From Camelus ferus (lineage: Eukaryota): a stretch of DNA of 64,000 nt. The position numbers were made by a program, and so were the translations under genes. The stretch spans positions 105,092,001 through 105,156,000 of the forward strand of contig NC_045697.1 of assembly GCF_009834535.1 (NCBI RefSeq), given 5' to 3'. This document shows positions 26,691 through 40,600 of this stretch, one piece after another (positions within the stretch are counted from its first letter, which is position 1; every line of letters begins with the position of its first letter). Below the pieces are notes generated by a model. It searched no databases. It saw nothing but the letters and a program-made list of their open reading frames with translations, and was not told the DNA's origin.

Positions 26691-26983
26691 ATACTTTTCT
26701 CTCATTTGTGTGTGTGTTTTTTTTTTAAATACTTTAAGATTAGCACAGCTTCCAATCCAAGTGTATAATTAAGATGTTTGCTAATTACACAGGAACATCT
26801 CTGGCCAAAGATACTTAATGAACTTGTTTCCATTATCCAAAGCATCAGTGAACATAAATTTGGGGTCTTATCACTACCTACCACCTTACTAAATTAATTT
26901 GGACTTAATGGCCTTTGGGCTCTGGAATTCATGTTCCCAGGAGGCCCAGAGCCACACTTCATCTTTCAACTGCCAGCAACAGT

Positions 26984-27025
26984 TGTGTGTGTGGGTGTGT
27001 GTGGGTGTGTGTGTGTGTGTGTGTG
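26984..27025. repeat. Interrupted (TG)n microsatellite
   Basis: TGTG run with two GG interruptions. Confidence 0.9.
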
Positions 27026-28347
27026 AATAAGACAGTGAACATCAGTCCCATTTGAGCCTATGGGAATTTCACTTGTTCTCCCTGGATGTTACAGTAACAG
27101 TGCATGCTTAGCAGCTGCCCCCAGGTGCCAAGTCCTTAATTAACAGCAGCATCTTGGCAGCCACTTCCTCCTGGCATCGCTGAGAGACAGAACACTACAG
27201 GTTCTCCATGAACTGCTCCTCCAGGAGCTGTGCAATGGGCGGGCCCTGCTTCCTCTCCTGACTGATAAGCAGAATGGAGCATCTGGTGGGACCCTATAAA
27301 AACCGTGAAAAATTCCTGATGGGATCTCAAGATTCACAAAGACCCTGACACACAGCACGGTCTGACTTCCTTTTTTGGTTTGCTCTACCTCCTGAGGCCG
27401 GCCCCCTTTGACAAACTACTGGCGTGGCAGAATGATGGCTGGCGAGGAGACATCGATCACTTTCGCATCCCACAGTGAAGCGATGAGATAAACAGGATTC
27501 TGACAGTGTTTTCATCACTACCTTTCTCAAGCGTGTTCAAGACTTTTTAGACTTAGGGATGGGTAACCAGGAAACAGCTTTTTTTTTTCATCTGGAGTAG
27601 AACAAAAGACCGGCAGGAAACTTTTTCAATTACAACATTTCGCTGGAAAGATCTAAAGTGAAAATTCTGTCATTTTAGAAGTGCTTCATGCCATGTCTTG
27701 AAATTTTAGGTCCTGGCAGTATTGGAGAGGATATATTGAGGTTATATGAAAACATGTATTTTTCTGTTCACAGGCCAAGTATAATTACTGGTCTAAACCC
27801 ACAGGACAGTAACAGCATCCGCCCCATCCTCGCTCCTTCACAGACCCTTTCTCTTGCCATCACATCACACCCAGGCTTTCCTCCTTTCCTCATCCTCCTT
27901 ATCTGCATGGCTTCTCCCTTCCTCCTGCCGGAGAGGAAGATGCTGAGAGTTTGGGGAACAACCAAGTATTTTTGTGACTTGAAACCCAAAGGAAGGAATG
28001 CCATCTTTCTCCAGATTTCATAGGTTTGGCAGCAAAATCTCTTTAATTTGTACTAATAGCAAAAAGAGCATCTATAATTCTCAATGCCACACACACTAAT
28101 ATGACAGGAGTGAGGGTCAGGGGCACGCTGCTTTATGAATAAATAATTAGCTTCTCAGTTGATAATAAGGAAGTGGCATTTCAATTGTTTATAAATATCC
28201 TTGAGTGGTTAGGAATTTGAAAACTAGGTGTTTTTAAAAAATATCCCTAAATGTTCTCACATTAATATATAGGCATTATTGATTTTTTTTTTACTAATAT
28301 GAAAAACATGCTAAGGCAAACTCAAACCCAACTTTTGACTTTAAGAC

Positions 28348-28350
<3 letters not shown>

Positions 28351-28396
<46 letters not shown>
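28351..28396. repeat. (AC)23 microsatellite
   Basis: Perfect 46-nt dinucleotide run. Confidence 0.97.
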
Positions 28397-28398
<2 letters not shown>

Positions 28399-28545
28399 TG
28401 GTAACTGTGAGGTGATGGGTATGTTAATTAGCTTGATTGTGGTAATCATCACACAAGTATACTGACATCCCAGTACCACACTGTACATGTTAATTATACC
28501 CAATTTTATATTCATCAATCATAACCTCAATAAATCTAAGAAAAA
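28397..28545 (+). mobile_element. L1 3' terminus (L1MA/MB-like)
   Basis: GGTAACTGTGAGGTGATGGGTATGTTAATTAGCTTGATTGTGGTAATCAT...CCTCAATAAA; AAGACATT flanks both sides of the (AC)n plus L1 unit. Confidence 0.85.
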
Positions 28546-29929
28546 AAGACATTCCAGATTAGCGGATCCCCATGTATTACATTTTAATGTGTGTACACAG
28601 ATCACCAGAGATATCTCTGTATCTATAGTAAACACGACTTTGTTGCTATTGCTGTGGAATACGTTCATCCATTACTTAGCAAGGCAGTGATATTTCCCCA
28701 TTGTGCAGAATGCGCTCGGGTTTTGTAAGCAGTGCGGTGCTGAATAACAAGATCTGAATCCAGACAAGAGATTACAATCTTAGGGAAGTGGAGTCAATAC
28801 ATAAGAAAGCAATTAGCTTTATAAAGCGGCTATGGTAAGTTTTGGGTCGGTGTTACTGACAATATTTGGAGAGTCAGACAATGACAGGGAGACTGTTTCA
28901 TCTTTTTACAGGAGCTTGCACTTTCCCACATCCCTCTGTGTTAATTCCCACCGTGCCCTGGTTTGCTTTTGGTGTCATTCACATGACACTGAGGGCTCAC
29001 GAGGAGCAGGTCACTTCCCTGTGTGGGAATCCATCCAGTGTTAAGCACCACCAACTCCCCTAAGAAGAGAGTCCCACAGACCAGAGACTCAGGGGAATCT
29101 GAGGGAGACAGAAGAGGGGCTCAGTGATTTTGCAGAGACGGTGGCCAGGTTCTGGAAGACAATCCCCCGCGACATATTCTGATCACTTCTGCGCTGCAGA
29201 CAGGGATTCAGAAAGGGGCAAAGCCAGCAGCCGCCTGTGAGATACTTCTCGGGCTAGAGAGATGATTGACATGGTTGTTTTCATGGCCTTTATACTTTCT
29301 GTAATTCTATTCTTTCTTTTTTTCTCTCCTCTAATACTTAGCCACACTCTTTCCTCCCTTTTTTTTCTTTTAATGCCTGTCAGACTCAGGAATGTTTGTG
29401 CTAACGAGGACGTGTCGGGGAGGGTTCCACCTTGGGCGAAAGTTTTAAAGGTGAGGCAGCACGTCTCTGAGGTCTGGCCAGGCTGGGATCCCGTGAAACC
29501 AAGCAAGGACCTCAGAAGGGGAAACAAAACGTCTGAGAAATGACCTCTTGGTAATAGCCTCAGGGTAATGGAGAAACCTTCCAGAGCTTTCTTCTGCTGA
29601 AACCTTTGCTGGTTTTGTATTACAAGAGACTGCCTCTGGACTGAGTGGCAGAGGGCTGAGCCACTGTAATTCCCAAACTCCGTCTGGCAGCGGCAGGGCA
29701 GGGAGGCAGCCGGCGCCCCGGCCAGGTGGGGAGGACTGGGGCTTTATTACCCAAACACCTCCCACCTGGACCTTGCCACCGCTGCACTGATACACCCCCA
29801 CCCCCCGGAAGTATCAGAAGGGAGCGGCAAAGGGACAAATCCTCCAACCACAACGCTTTGGATAAAAAATGCTTATGGAAGAAAAAAGGTGGACAAAGAC
29901 TGGGACTGACTTCCTCTCGAGGAGACCAT

Positions 29930-30260
29930 GAGGGATAGGAGAAACTGAAGAGCAATTTTCAAAAACTTCATACGACACTGGCCAAATCATGGGAGCATCC
30001 ATTTTCTACTTCTACTGAGGTCAAGATAAGATGAAAAGGGTTTAAAGGGTAGAAGCCGGGATTTAGATTAGACATTAGGAGAATTTCCTCCCAGTGTTCT
30101 GGAATGTGTTCTGGAGAGAGCCTGGAATGCATTACCAGCAAGAACATGTAATATTCTTTTCTAACAACTCCGAGTAATAGGTAGACAGGTATCCTGCCTG
30201 CCTGAGTGCAGCTCTGCCCTGCGGGAGAAGGGTGATTAAATGAGTTATTGAGATCCAAGC
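29930..30260 (+). mobile_element. CR1/L3 LINE 3' fragment
   Basis: GGGATTTAGATTAGACATTAGGAGAATTTCCT corresponds to the CR1 'RFRLDIRKNF' motif, with a CR1-like 3' tail. Confidence 0.65.
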
Positions 30261-31136
30261 CCTACCATGGAAGGAAATACAGCCTCCAACATACATTCCA
30301 GCCTTCCGTGTGTCTGAGAGGAACTTCTCTGGCTCATATTTGTCTGAAACACAGGAATAAATCCCTTACGCTTCTACGTGTGCTAAGAGATAATTTTAGA
30401 AATGTTTTTCCAAAATATACTCAAAGGGCAAATACTGTGATCTTAGAAGGATGTCCAGCGTCTTGGAAAAAAACAACAAGCGTTCTATATGCTTCCTTCT
30501 ACCCTTCCCTGCAGCGTTCACATGTCTTTTTTCTCCTTTTCAGTTTTACCATTTAAGTTACAGAGCTATTTGCTCAGATTTGTGTTTAAAACATGCTCTA
30601 TGGTTTCTCCTATACCTTTTTTTTAAGTGGGGAAAAGAGATCATAGTAAAGAGCTATCATTAACTGAAAATCTGCATGTCAGATATCAAGATAACCACAT
30701 CTTTTAAAAATATTATCCCATTTAATCCTCATAAGTGCCCCTGAGGTAGGTACTACTGTTAGCATCATGGTGCACAGGGGTGAAGTGGTTTGTAGGGGTC
30801 ACATGCATGGGATGTAGTCATTGTGGTAGAGTGAGGAGGTGAATGACTGTAATGGAAAAAGAGAATAGAGAAACCACATCACGTGTGCAGATGATGTCGA
30901 ATCAGGAGGTCAAAGGGCTGTGAAAAGGACCCAGAGCGCAAATGGTTTTTCTAGATGATCAGCAAGGCTGCCGCTGGATCACCTCTAGGGAAGAGATGGG
31001 TCTTTTTAATGGGAGGCATAGAACAACCCGCACCAACGCACAGGGTGCCTTCTCTCCTAAGTCCCCGGACAGAGCAGTTAACGTTTGTGTGCTCGGGGGC
31101 TGTTGCTGCAGCAGAGAAGCCAATCTTTTTGCTTTT

Positions 31137-31274
31137 GTTTTGTTTTGTTTTTTGCAGGGGGAGGTAGTTAGGTTTACTTATTTATTTATTTTTTAGAGGA
31201 AGTACTGGGGATTGAACCCAGGACCTTGTGTATGCTAAGCATGCGTGCCACCACTTGAGCTACATCCTCCCCCC
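31137..31274 (-). mobile_element. tRNA-derived SINE (vic-1 type)
   Basis: GTACTGGGGATTGAACCCAGGACC...CACTTGAGCTACATCCTCCCC; TSD CCA[A/G]TCTTTTTGCTTTTG. Confidence 0.88.
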
Positions 31275-31456
31275 AATCCAGTCTTTTTGCTTTTGCTCCT
31301 TGTTTTGGCACCTTCATTTTGATGGGAGGAAAAGTCAAAGAGGCAAAAATCAAATCAGCCTGGATTAAAAAACAGAATTCACTGGGGGAAAACCTTACAA
31401 TTTCTAATTAAAAATAAAGTTCCTAAGCTCCATGCAACTGGCAGCTGAGTTCTTTG

Positions 31457-31459
<3 letters not shown>

Positions 31460-31529
<70 letters not shown>
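31460..31529. repeat. Compound microsatellite A30-(TA)n-(CA)n
   Basis: Directly visible; abuts the tail of the SINE at 31530. Confidence 0.95.
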
Positions 31530-31656
31530 ATTTTTTATAAGGGGGAGGTAATTGGGTTCATTTATTTATTTATATTTGGAGGAGGTACTGGGGATTGAAC
31601 CCAGGACCTTGTGCATGCCAAGCAGGCACTCTACCCCTTGAGCTATACCCTCCCCC
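31530..31656 (-). mobile_element. tRNA-derived SINE (vic-1 type)
   Basis: GGAGGTACTGGGGATTGAACCCAGGACC...TTGAGCTATACCCTCCCC. Confidence 0.88.
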
Positions 31657-33483
31657 TGAACAAACATATTTTTAAAGTCAAATGAGCATTCTTTAGAAAA
31701 TGCAGATAGTTTATCTGCTCTGTAAATTTTTATTCTTTGGGAATAACTAGGCTATGTTCAAGACGAACATGTGTGTGTATGTAAAACAGAACACAAACAA
31801 ATAAGCAAAAAGAAGACAGAAAAGCTCCCCCTAGTTTTATAATCTACTTAAAATAAGAAATACAGCACTACGATCGCTGTGGCTGCCCAGCAAAAGGTCC
31901 TTCTCTCAGTTAAAAAGTTAATTCTTTAACAGCTGCAAAAGCTGCCTTCTTGGCATATGTCTGAGCAGAGAATTTATTACACGAAGCATGATCTCATTGC
32001 GGATGCAAGGTAAATAGTCTCATTAAGGATGTTTTATGAAGAAACATGACAGTTCTAACAAGGTCAAGGGGTGAACAAGGTACGAGAAAGAGGCAAAAGG
32101 CAGTGACCTGGAAACAGACTACAGCACCCAGCTTAATGTACGGTGCCTTCCCCAGTCCTGGCACGATTTTCCATAGATCCAGGCTGAAAAGAACTGGTTC
32201 GATGCTAGAACTCACGCTGGGCAGAAACCCCACTGGGATGGTCCTGAGCACACCTCCTCACACCCACAAGTCTGCTAAGCAGAATCTACCCTAAGTTATA
32301 TTATACATGGAAAAATAAGGGTTCGCCCAACAGATACACGAGGAAGGTATTTCCACTGGGAAATGCCATGTTTCTTTATAAAATTTTCAATGGAAGATTC
32401 CTTCCACAAGCTCTCAAAGGGCATAGAAAATACAATGCATGAACATTTGTTTGCACATCAGGTTTTAGGTCTGTTTCAATTATTCTGTTCTCCCCTCTTC
32501 ACATTTGCTGCTATTTTACTGCAATGGTTTCCTCACCTGGGTCCCTTTAATTGTACCCAGCGATCTTACAAAGCGCAAGTGTCCGAGAACTCGAAAGCAA
32601 CCAAGGAAGTTGCCTAAATTCAATGTCAGAAATGTATTAACGCTTAGTATTTGTGCACATAAGAGGTAAGAACGACGGAGTGGAACGGGAAAATACCCAG
32701 ATGTAAAACAGTTTTAGCTCCAGTACCAATTTTTTTCAAAATATTTCATCCCTCTTACCTCAATATTCTTTGTAAAATAATTACTTACAGCCACATTATA
32801 ATCATTCTTTCAAAAACTATTATTTAACAGCATTTTAATATAAGATCTCCTTAATTGTAGTTGAGTTGTAAGTAATGCTTTACCTTATTTATCTGAAAAA
32901 GTAAACTGACCAGATTTTAGTTGAGACTATCGATATTGAGATTATAACTGAATGACTAAAAGTGATTAAAACTGCTTAGTCAGGAAAAGAATTGGTGAAG
33001 CTGGTAACCAAATAAATAATAATCCCCTGAACTGATACAAGACGAATTTTCACCATTTTTCACAATGGGTATAACACAGAAAATATTCTGTATTTCTAAG
33101 TACTATCACTCTCATACGTATTAAGAACATTTTACAAATGCAAGGCAAAAAAGTCAAGGAAATTAAAAAAAAATCTTCATGTTGGAAGCTAACACTCACA
33201 TAAAAAAGAATGAGTGTAATAAGTACATGTTCATGAGTTAACAGGATGCCACTCAAGTTAGGGGAAAAATTAAATAGGCCTGAGGAAAAAGAAAACTAAT
33301 GTCAATGTTAATAGCTTTCATGCGTTTTAAATAAATATTATTCCACACTGTGTTCCACTGACATTATCAGAACGAGTCTAAGTTAAGAATTAATAGTAGC
33401 CAACGATGCACGTACTTGCAAAAAAGTTATTTTTCTAGGCTGGGGTCTCTTCGGGATACAGACGGAATTGGTCTGAAAACTCC

Positions 33484-33748
33484 CAGACAAACTTGTGGCT
33501 GCCAAGGGGGCGGGGGTTGGGAAGGGACAGACTGGGATTTCAAAATGCAGAATAGATAAACAAGATTATACTGTATACCACAGGGAAATAGATACAAGAT
33601 CTTATGGTAGCTCACAGAGAAAAATATGTGACAATGAATATATATATGTTCATGTATAACTGAAAAACTGTGCTGTACACTGGAATTTGACACAACATTG
33701 TAAAATGATTATAACTCAATAAAAAATGTTAAAAAAAAAAAAAAAAAA
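33484..33748 (+). mobile_element. Young L1 3' end
   Basis: ACAAACTTGTGGCTGCCAAGGGG...TGTGCTGTACACTGGAATTTGACACAACATTGTAAA...CTCAATAAA plus poly(A). Confidence 0.88.
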
Positions 33749-33914
33749 GCTGGGCCAAACCAAATGGCCTTTTTTGAGTGAGTCTCTTGCCTCTGCTTCT
33801 CGTGTTTTCACTCCAGCTTCTCTCCGCACACAGGGTTCGTGCTGGAACATCGTGAGGCACTTTGATGATGTCTTGGGTTGGCAGGTGCAGGTCACTACTG
33901 GGGAGGTGGCCTCC

Positions 33915-33931
33915 TGGCCGCCTGGTGGCAA
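33915..33931 (+). promoter_or_regulatory. Candidate CTCF site
   Basis: TGGCCGCCTGGTGGCAA versus core CC[AG][CG][CT]AG[AG][TG]GGC[AG]; one core mismatch. Confidence 0.35.
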
Positions 33932-36900
33932 GCAGAGCCCTGCCAGTGGGGGTGGGGTGGGCAGACGCCCAGGCTGACCTCACAGCTCTGCTTAGAAGAA
34001 AAAACTGCTCTTTCTGCGTTTGGTATGCTGCCACAGTGTAAATTCCAAAGCTTTGGCGACTCTCTCAAACCCAGCTCAGCACGGCAGGCTGAACAAAAAG
34101 CATCTTTAAAAGAATACACTTTCCATCCAGGTTCCGAAGGATTCTTCAAAGTTATATTATTTAGCTGCATTTTTTTTAAAGTCCAAGAAAGAAATTAAGA
34201 CAATTCTTAACATGATGCTAACTTATGAAAAAGAAACTTTTAGAAGGACGCAGTAAATGTCTTTTTATTTTCAGTGAGTCCTTATAATCTGTATTTTTTC
34301 TTTCACCATATGAGACCGAACCACAGACAAACATGGAGACAAGTCAGCCCTTCTCCATCAAAGCTGGGAGATGAGCTGTCCTGAGGAGGGTAAGTCATTC
34401 AAGAAGGATAACTGGGGCATTTCTGGAAGTTTTTCTTTGGGGCTGCCATTCACATTTCAGTCACTATTAGTAATTTTTAGTGCAACATCTCATTTACAAT
34501 AAGGAGATGGGAAAGAAACAGTCATTTGTTTCTCCTCACACATTGCTTACCATTTTCCTAAGAAAATTCTGCTTATGTTACAAAGACAGGTTTCCCTTCA
34601 TTTAAAACAAAGTTGGCCAGTCCACTGTGATTCCAGCACTCCTCTACGGAGCTCTGAAGAACGGACCCTATCTCTGATGATGAACTTCACTGATGGCTTT
34701 GCTAGTGTTAGAACAAGCCTCTTCTGGAGTCGCAGCATGGCCCATGGCTGTCACCCCTTGACCCTTGACTAGGAGTCAGTTCTTCACTGCTGACCTGGGT
34801 TAAGGCCAATTTCACGCTATGATTTTCAAATGAATGATGTGGTTCTAAGTCACGTACCACGTAAAACACAATGTTTAACCCCCATAACAATTTTTAACTT
34901 CTGCCTTTGAATGGGGATGAAACAAGTCCATAATCTTCCCTTCAGAGAACTTCTACCCTGTAATGATATTTTCTTTGGGCCACAGTTAGAATGAAAATTC
35001 TCTGTTAGATTCAGTCTCCCTTTACAGATATGAGCATAGAGAATGAAGATCATGAGCCCAATGTAATGAAACACTGTGTTACTTTGTTTTACTTCTGGGT
35101 TATCATGCCTAGAACTTGTCTAAGTATTCTATTGCAGGGCACACAGTAGGTGTTAAATAAGTGCTTACTGCACAAAGGGAGAGAAAGTACAAATCAACAA
35201 ATGAATGAATGCTTTGCTGACTGGTTCCACTTCTTAATGTGAATGACTACAGCCAACATTCTCTAACAAGGCTTTTAAGGGAAATAGAAAGGATGCTAAG
35301 TTTCACCCCAAACCCCAGCGAGCTGACCTAGTTTCTAGACAAGACTCCACCCAGACTTAGATAACAGAGGCAAGCCAGGCATCCTCCAAGAAACAGCAAG
35401 CCAAGGACAGTAATGAAGGGCAGGGAGCCTGTCACTTCTGCCCGTGAGAGAGTCTAAAGAGAGGTAAATAGGGGAGAAGCTAAAAAGAAGCTTTTAACCT
35501 CCTTAGCTTCACAGAAGAGCCATCCTTTGAAGATAGCATCCAGGAAGGAGTCACTCTGCATCCCGAATCTTTGGGCCCATTAGTATCGCTGAATCAGATA
35601 CAACAGCTTGGTATTCTTTTTGTGGATGTAATGACGGGAATGCACTTGCCTGTCCTTGACCCTGACCCATCCTTGGGGAAGCAGAGAAAAGTTACGATCT
35701 TCTGCCCCAAATGACCATCACCAATTCAGCATTCGGACACCCAAACTGTGAGCACCCTAACAGAATCACAGCCTTCTAGAGCCAGAAGGGCCATCACAAA
35801 ACAGCAAGTTTAATCTCATGTTAAATAGAAGGAAATAAAGTTCCAGAGAGCGAACTGGTTTGCCCAAGATTCCAGTTGGGAGAGGAGGTATACATACGCT
35901 TAATCTCATCATTTCAAGTTCAGCAACCTGTTAGAAGTGCCAGCACCAGAACTTTCAGAGAGGAGGGGCTTAGAGAAACGTGCAAAAGCACATTTGCTCA
36001 ATGAGAGAGAGGGTAGACTGGAAGGCAGCTGATGAAAATTATGAAGGAGAGGCTTAAAGGCCTCTCCCTGGGCCATCCAACAATCACTTTATTATCTGTT
36101 TAGTTTGGTGTAAGCACACGCTAACCAAGTGGAATTCCAGCTTTCTCAAAAATAGCTTCTTTGGGTTATCCTGAGAAGCGATCAAAGCCGGACAAACAAA
36201 GTTACCCATGACTCCTGATGGTAAGGTGGCTCGCCACGGACTGTATGATTCTGAGCTGTCCTACCTGCGCAGAGAGACACCCGCGTTTTGGTAATGATAT
36301 ACCAGAGGCTATTCCCGGATACGTGACCCAGTCATTGCCAGTTACCGTTCTAGTTGTACACTTCAAAAAGACATTGAGTAACTATCAAAGTGCCACGAAC
36401 TCAATTTGAATTCACTACATTGCAACACGCAGACCGTCAGACAGGAGTTGAAGCCCCTGGAGGCAGGTCCCTACAGGGGAAGAAACATGCCGCTTTCCTA
36501 AGAGCCAAGCAGTTTTTGGAGGAGTAGCTCCTACAGACCCTACAACTGTCTTCGCCATTTTGCCGTCATGCAACAAGCACACAGCAGAAACTAACATCTG
36601 CAGGAAGTCAATCTTTCGTAAGATTCTGTACGCACCAGTGTGATTAGAGAAATCACTTGCGTGGATTATTTTCAATATTTTCAGCTGTAACAGTCTATGC
36701 TTTTTTTTAAAATTATTGATTAGTTCAGATGTTTAAAAACAAATTTTTAATCTTGTACTGTCAGGGGACCACTATCAACCAATTTCTTATGGGGAAGACA
36801 TATGGTATATAATACAAAAAAAAAAAAAAAAGGGGGAAGAGACTAGAAATTTGGGGGAAAAAATTCTAAGATATACTGTCCAGCTACTGGGACAACTTAT

Positions 36901-37134
36901 AAGGACCAAATGTAATTAGATATACTTTCAACTCTTTGTCCTTAAATACATTTTAACTTACTTATTTCCCAAAGAATAAATAATTATTAAAATCCATGCA
37001 TATCTTAAGGGCTTTATAAGAGCAATAGGATATGGTTGAAAAGTTCAACAATTACAGGACCTAAAAAGGAGATGGAGAAAAGCATAGGGCTGTAGGGCTG
37101 GAGATTATGAAGACAAAAAACCATCCTCCTGCTC

Positions 37135-37307
37135 AGCTAACTGTGGTCCATGGACGGTCTCCCTTAGAATCACCTGGGAGCTTTCAGCAGGATGCAGAAC
37201 CTTGGGCCATCCTAGGTCTGCATGTCACACTATCTATAAGTTGGGAGTCTTCATTTTTAACAAATTTCCATGTGACTTTTTTTCTGCATTTTGCAAAGGA
37301 GAACCAC
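37135..37307. mobile_element. MER5-like hAT-Charlie element, decayed
   Basis: TTAGAATCACCTGGGAGCTT...CATTTTTAACAAATTTCC...GAGAACCAC. Confidence 0.55.
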
Positions 37308-37442
37308 CAACCTAAAGGTTTTGAATAAGATTACAGAAAGAATCAGAAAAACAGAATCTGGAAAGAGGTTCTTTAAAAGAAAGGTAGGAAGGGAGGGAGG
37401 GAGGGAGGGAGGAATAGACAGGGATAAAAATGTGGGTTACAC

Positions 37443-37664
37443 CTGGGGTTTCTCAGCCTCATCACTACTGATATTTTGGGCTGGATAATTCTTCGTTGTC
37501 AGGTTCTGTCCTGTGCAAATGTAGAATATTCTGCAGCGTCCCTGGCCCTCTGTTCCCAAGATACCAGTAGCATCCCCCGACTCCAAGTTGTGACAACCAA
37601 AAATATTCCTAGACTTTGCCAAATATCCCCCCCCGGGGGTACTGCCCCTGATTGAGAACCACTG
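37443..37664 (-). mobile_element. MER20 (hAT-Charlie)
   Basis: GGTTTCTCAGCCTC...TTGGGCTGGATAATTCTT...GTTGTGACAACCAAAAAT...TTGAGAACCACTG. Confidence 0.88.
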
Positions 37665-40600
37665 GTCTATACTGAGGAAATTGATACACACAAGAACAGT
37701 AAGCTGGAGAATCAAATCCCTAGACTATATAAAAACAATCGAATGAGAGCCGAAATGAGAAGCCTGCTAATTCCTTACGCTCCTAAAGTTAGTTTCCTTG
37801 ATAGGAGGAGTCATAAACTAGGAAGTGAGCTAAGGATAATTTAAACACTTCATTTTCATCTTCCAGAATTCGGCATATTTCTCACAAAAGTCTGTATTTC
37901 TGTTATCTCAAAAAGAAATCGTAAATTCTGGCGACCCTGTCTGTTCTCCCCCAAGGCAACAGGCACCTGGAGCTGAGAGCTGGCTGCTCCCCGCCCTCTG
38001 GACAAAGCACTGAAGTTTTTCCTTTATGCTCTGTGCAGAGGTGAATGCAAAATTCCTGATATGCGTCATTAGGGTTGTAAAAGATTAGAACCCATCCATG
38101 TATTTAAAACTTACATTTAGTTTTCTAGAAATCCAAATTTTATTATCGGTGCCACACTTTTAAACCACAGACATAATTTACAAGCAATGGAGGCACACAC
38201 GTTGAGGACACTAGAGAAGTTCCTGCAGTCTGGGGTCTTCACAGCAACAGGTTTACGATTCACATGGCCTGGCCAAGTCCCCCACCACGCCCAAAGGGTG
38301 TGTGCGTTGGCTGGCTGCACTGGCCTGTCTCTGTTATTACACTCATAAAAAAAATGAGTAATGGCTGACGGATTTCGACATTCTTATATTAAAATTCAAG
38401 CTGGGCTTCATACAATAGGTTTCCTTACTAATCATCCATTAAAAAGATTTGTTCCTGGGATGAAATAGCTCCCCACTGCCCCCTCCCCAAACGTAATCTG
38501 CCTTCAGCTGTGTGGCTGGCGTGGCTCCCCAAGATCAACTTCCTGTTGACACCATCTGGAGAGAGAATGGTCCACACTCCCAGGTTTATAGTCTGTTGCC
38601 CATCTTTGGAAGTTGCACCCTTCCCCCATCCCAGGAATGGTAGCCCTGCACCCAGCCGACTTAAGTGCAGAATTAAACATGACTACAGTGTAAAGGGATG
38701 TCCAGGTATGACCTGCACAGAGTGACTTCGATCAGGAATGTAGTTTCACACCGCTCAGTTACGTATGCGCTCACTTTTCTCAGGAATGAAGGTCTTACGG
38801 ATCCTCCCGAATGACATGTTCTTTGCTAGCTGGTAGGCTTCTCTGTTTCCCCAAAATGGGGCTGCAGTACTGTCTTTGTGTTTATGGCCACGAACATGGC
38901 ATTGCTTATTTCCACTTACTCAACTGACCACTCAAACCTGGACTAAGAGTTTCTGTCAATCCTGGTGAAGTTCGTGGGGAGACAGGTATTTCCACCCAAA
39001 ATCAGCCCTGATCCCTGACTCTGACCTTGGGTTACACCTGGATTCCACTGATTCAGTTAATAATCCTTGGGATTCACTCCACTAAGCTCCTCAACCAAAG
39101 CTGCATCTTAGCCTATTTTTCTTGGGTTTGCCCACTCCTTTGTTTTCTCATCTTTCCATTCCCTCTTGTCCTTGTTTTCTTTACATTTATTTTGGAGGCT
39201 CATTTCTCCAGCCCTTTTACTTGAGGTCAAACTCATCTTAGCTTCCCTTGACCCTGAATTTAATGCTTCACTACGAACTATCAGAACAGGGCTAGAACTC
39301 CCACCTTAACAGCAGCAACAGCTGTCCCCAAATGCCACCTGCCGCCCTCCCATGCTTGTGAAGAAAAGTGCAGTTATTATAATCATAATCAAGACATCAC
39401 TTAAAAATTCTCACCAAGGATTTAGGAGATACACAAAACCTTTTCTTATCATTTAAGCAGTTGCCAAATTATGCTATCTGTCAATGTAAGATCAAGATTT
39501 ATATGATTCTCAGAAACTGTACCTTCCTGCTACAGGGATGGAAAAAATAAAACTTATACCAGAACTTTCTTAAAATATCATCCTTGGAATCTTTGTTATG
39601 GTTATGGGATTGGTTTTAAAATGAAGTGCACTGTGCCTTTAAGAACTGTGTTACGAAACTTTTTTTTCTTTGCTCAATTCAGTTTTATAATGTATGAACA
39701 AGGTTTAACTTCCCACTCATTCATTCCAGGGTGTGTCTGGGTGGAGGCAAATGAGCAGAAGTGGGGTGACACTTAGGCTGACACTTCCAAATTTGTTTCC
39801 TCTCTCATAACAAATCACAAACCTTGCCCGGGTCCCTTCTTTCCCGCTCCAGTTCCTTCCTGAGATTATTCCCACCTTCTCTTTCCCCAGACGTGTCTCC
39901 CCAGTACAGACTGTCAGGGTCATTGTTTCAGTACCCATCCTCTCTGGAGATATGGACTGTACCTTCCTCTTTGAGTTCTGAACGCTCTGCCCCAGATATC
40001 TGTAGCATTTAAATGTACAGCTTATCAAATATACTTAAAGTTATTGCTCAGTGAGGCACAAAACTTGTAATGTCAGGGGGCTAAACGCTAGCATGGCCCT
40101 TTGTTGTTAGCGCTGGCAAGAAAAATGCAAATACATTAACATAAAGTATTTTTAGGGGCTTCTGGTGAAGAAATATTTCCCAGATGCTGATCAGAGATTT
40201 ACTTGAGAAAAATAATTACAACATTAAATGGAGGGGAAAAAAAATTAAAACCAAAAGGGCTTTAAAAAATCAATGAAAGGGTTTCCTTCTCCGAAGAAAA
40301 AGGCTGCTGCTGTTACAAAAACCCCTGGAACAGGTTCTTCGCTCTAGTGAAGTGATGTAAATCCAGAGTTTTATAAAGTAAAGACTGGTGTTCATGCTCA
40401 GATTTACTGCATGGAGTCTCTAGGCACAGGGCACAGGTGAGTGTGCTTAACACACAAAGACCCGACAAAGGAGTCTGGCAGGCAGTGAGAACTGAGAACA
40501 ACTACCCCACAGGATCGCTAATCACACAGTCCCCCCAGATTCTCATCATTCTTACATGTAAGCTTCTGAACGTGGTTTAAAATTTCTGATCTGACTCAAC

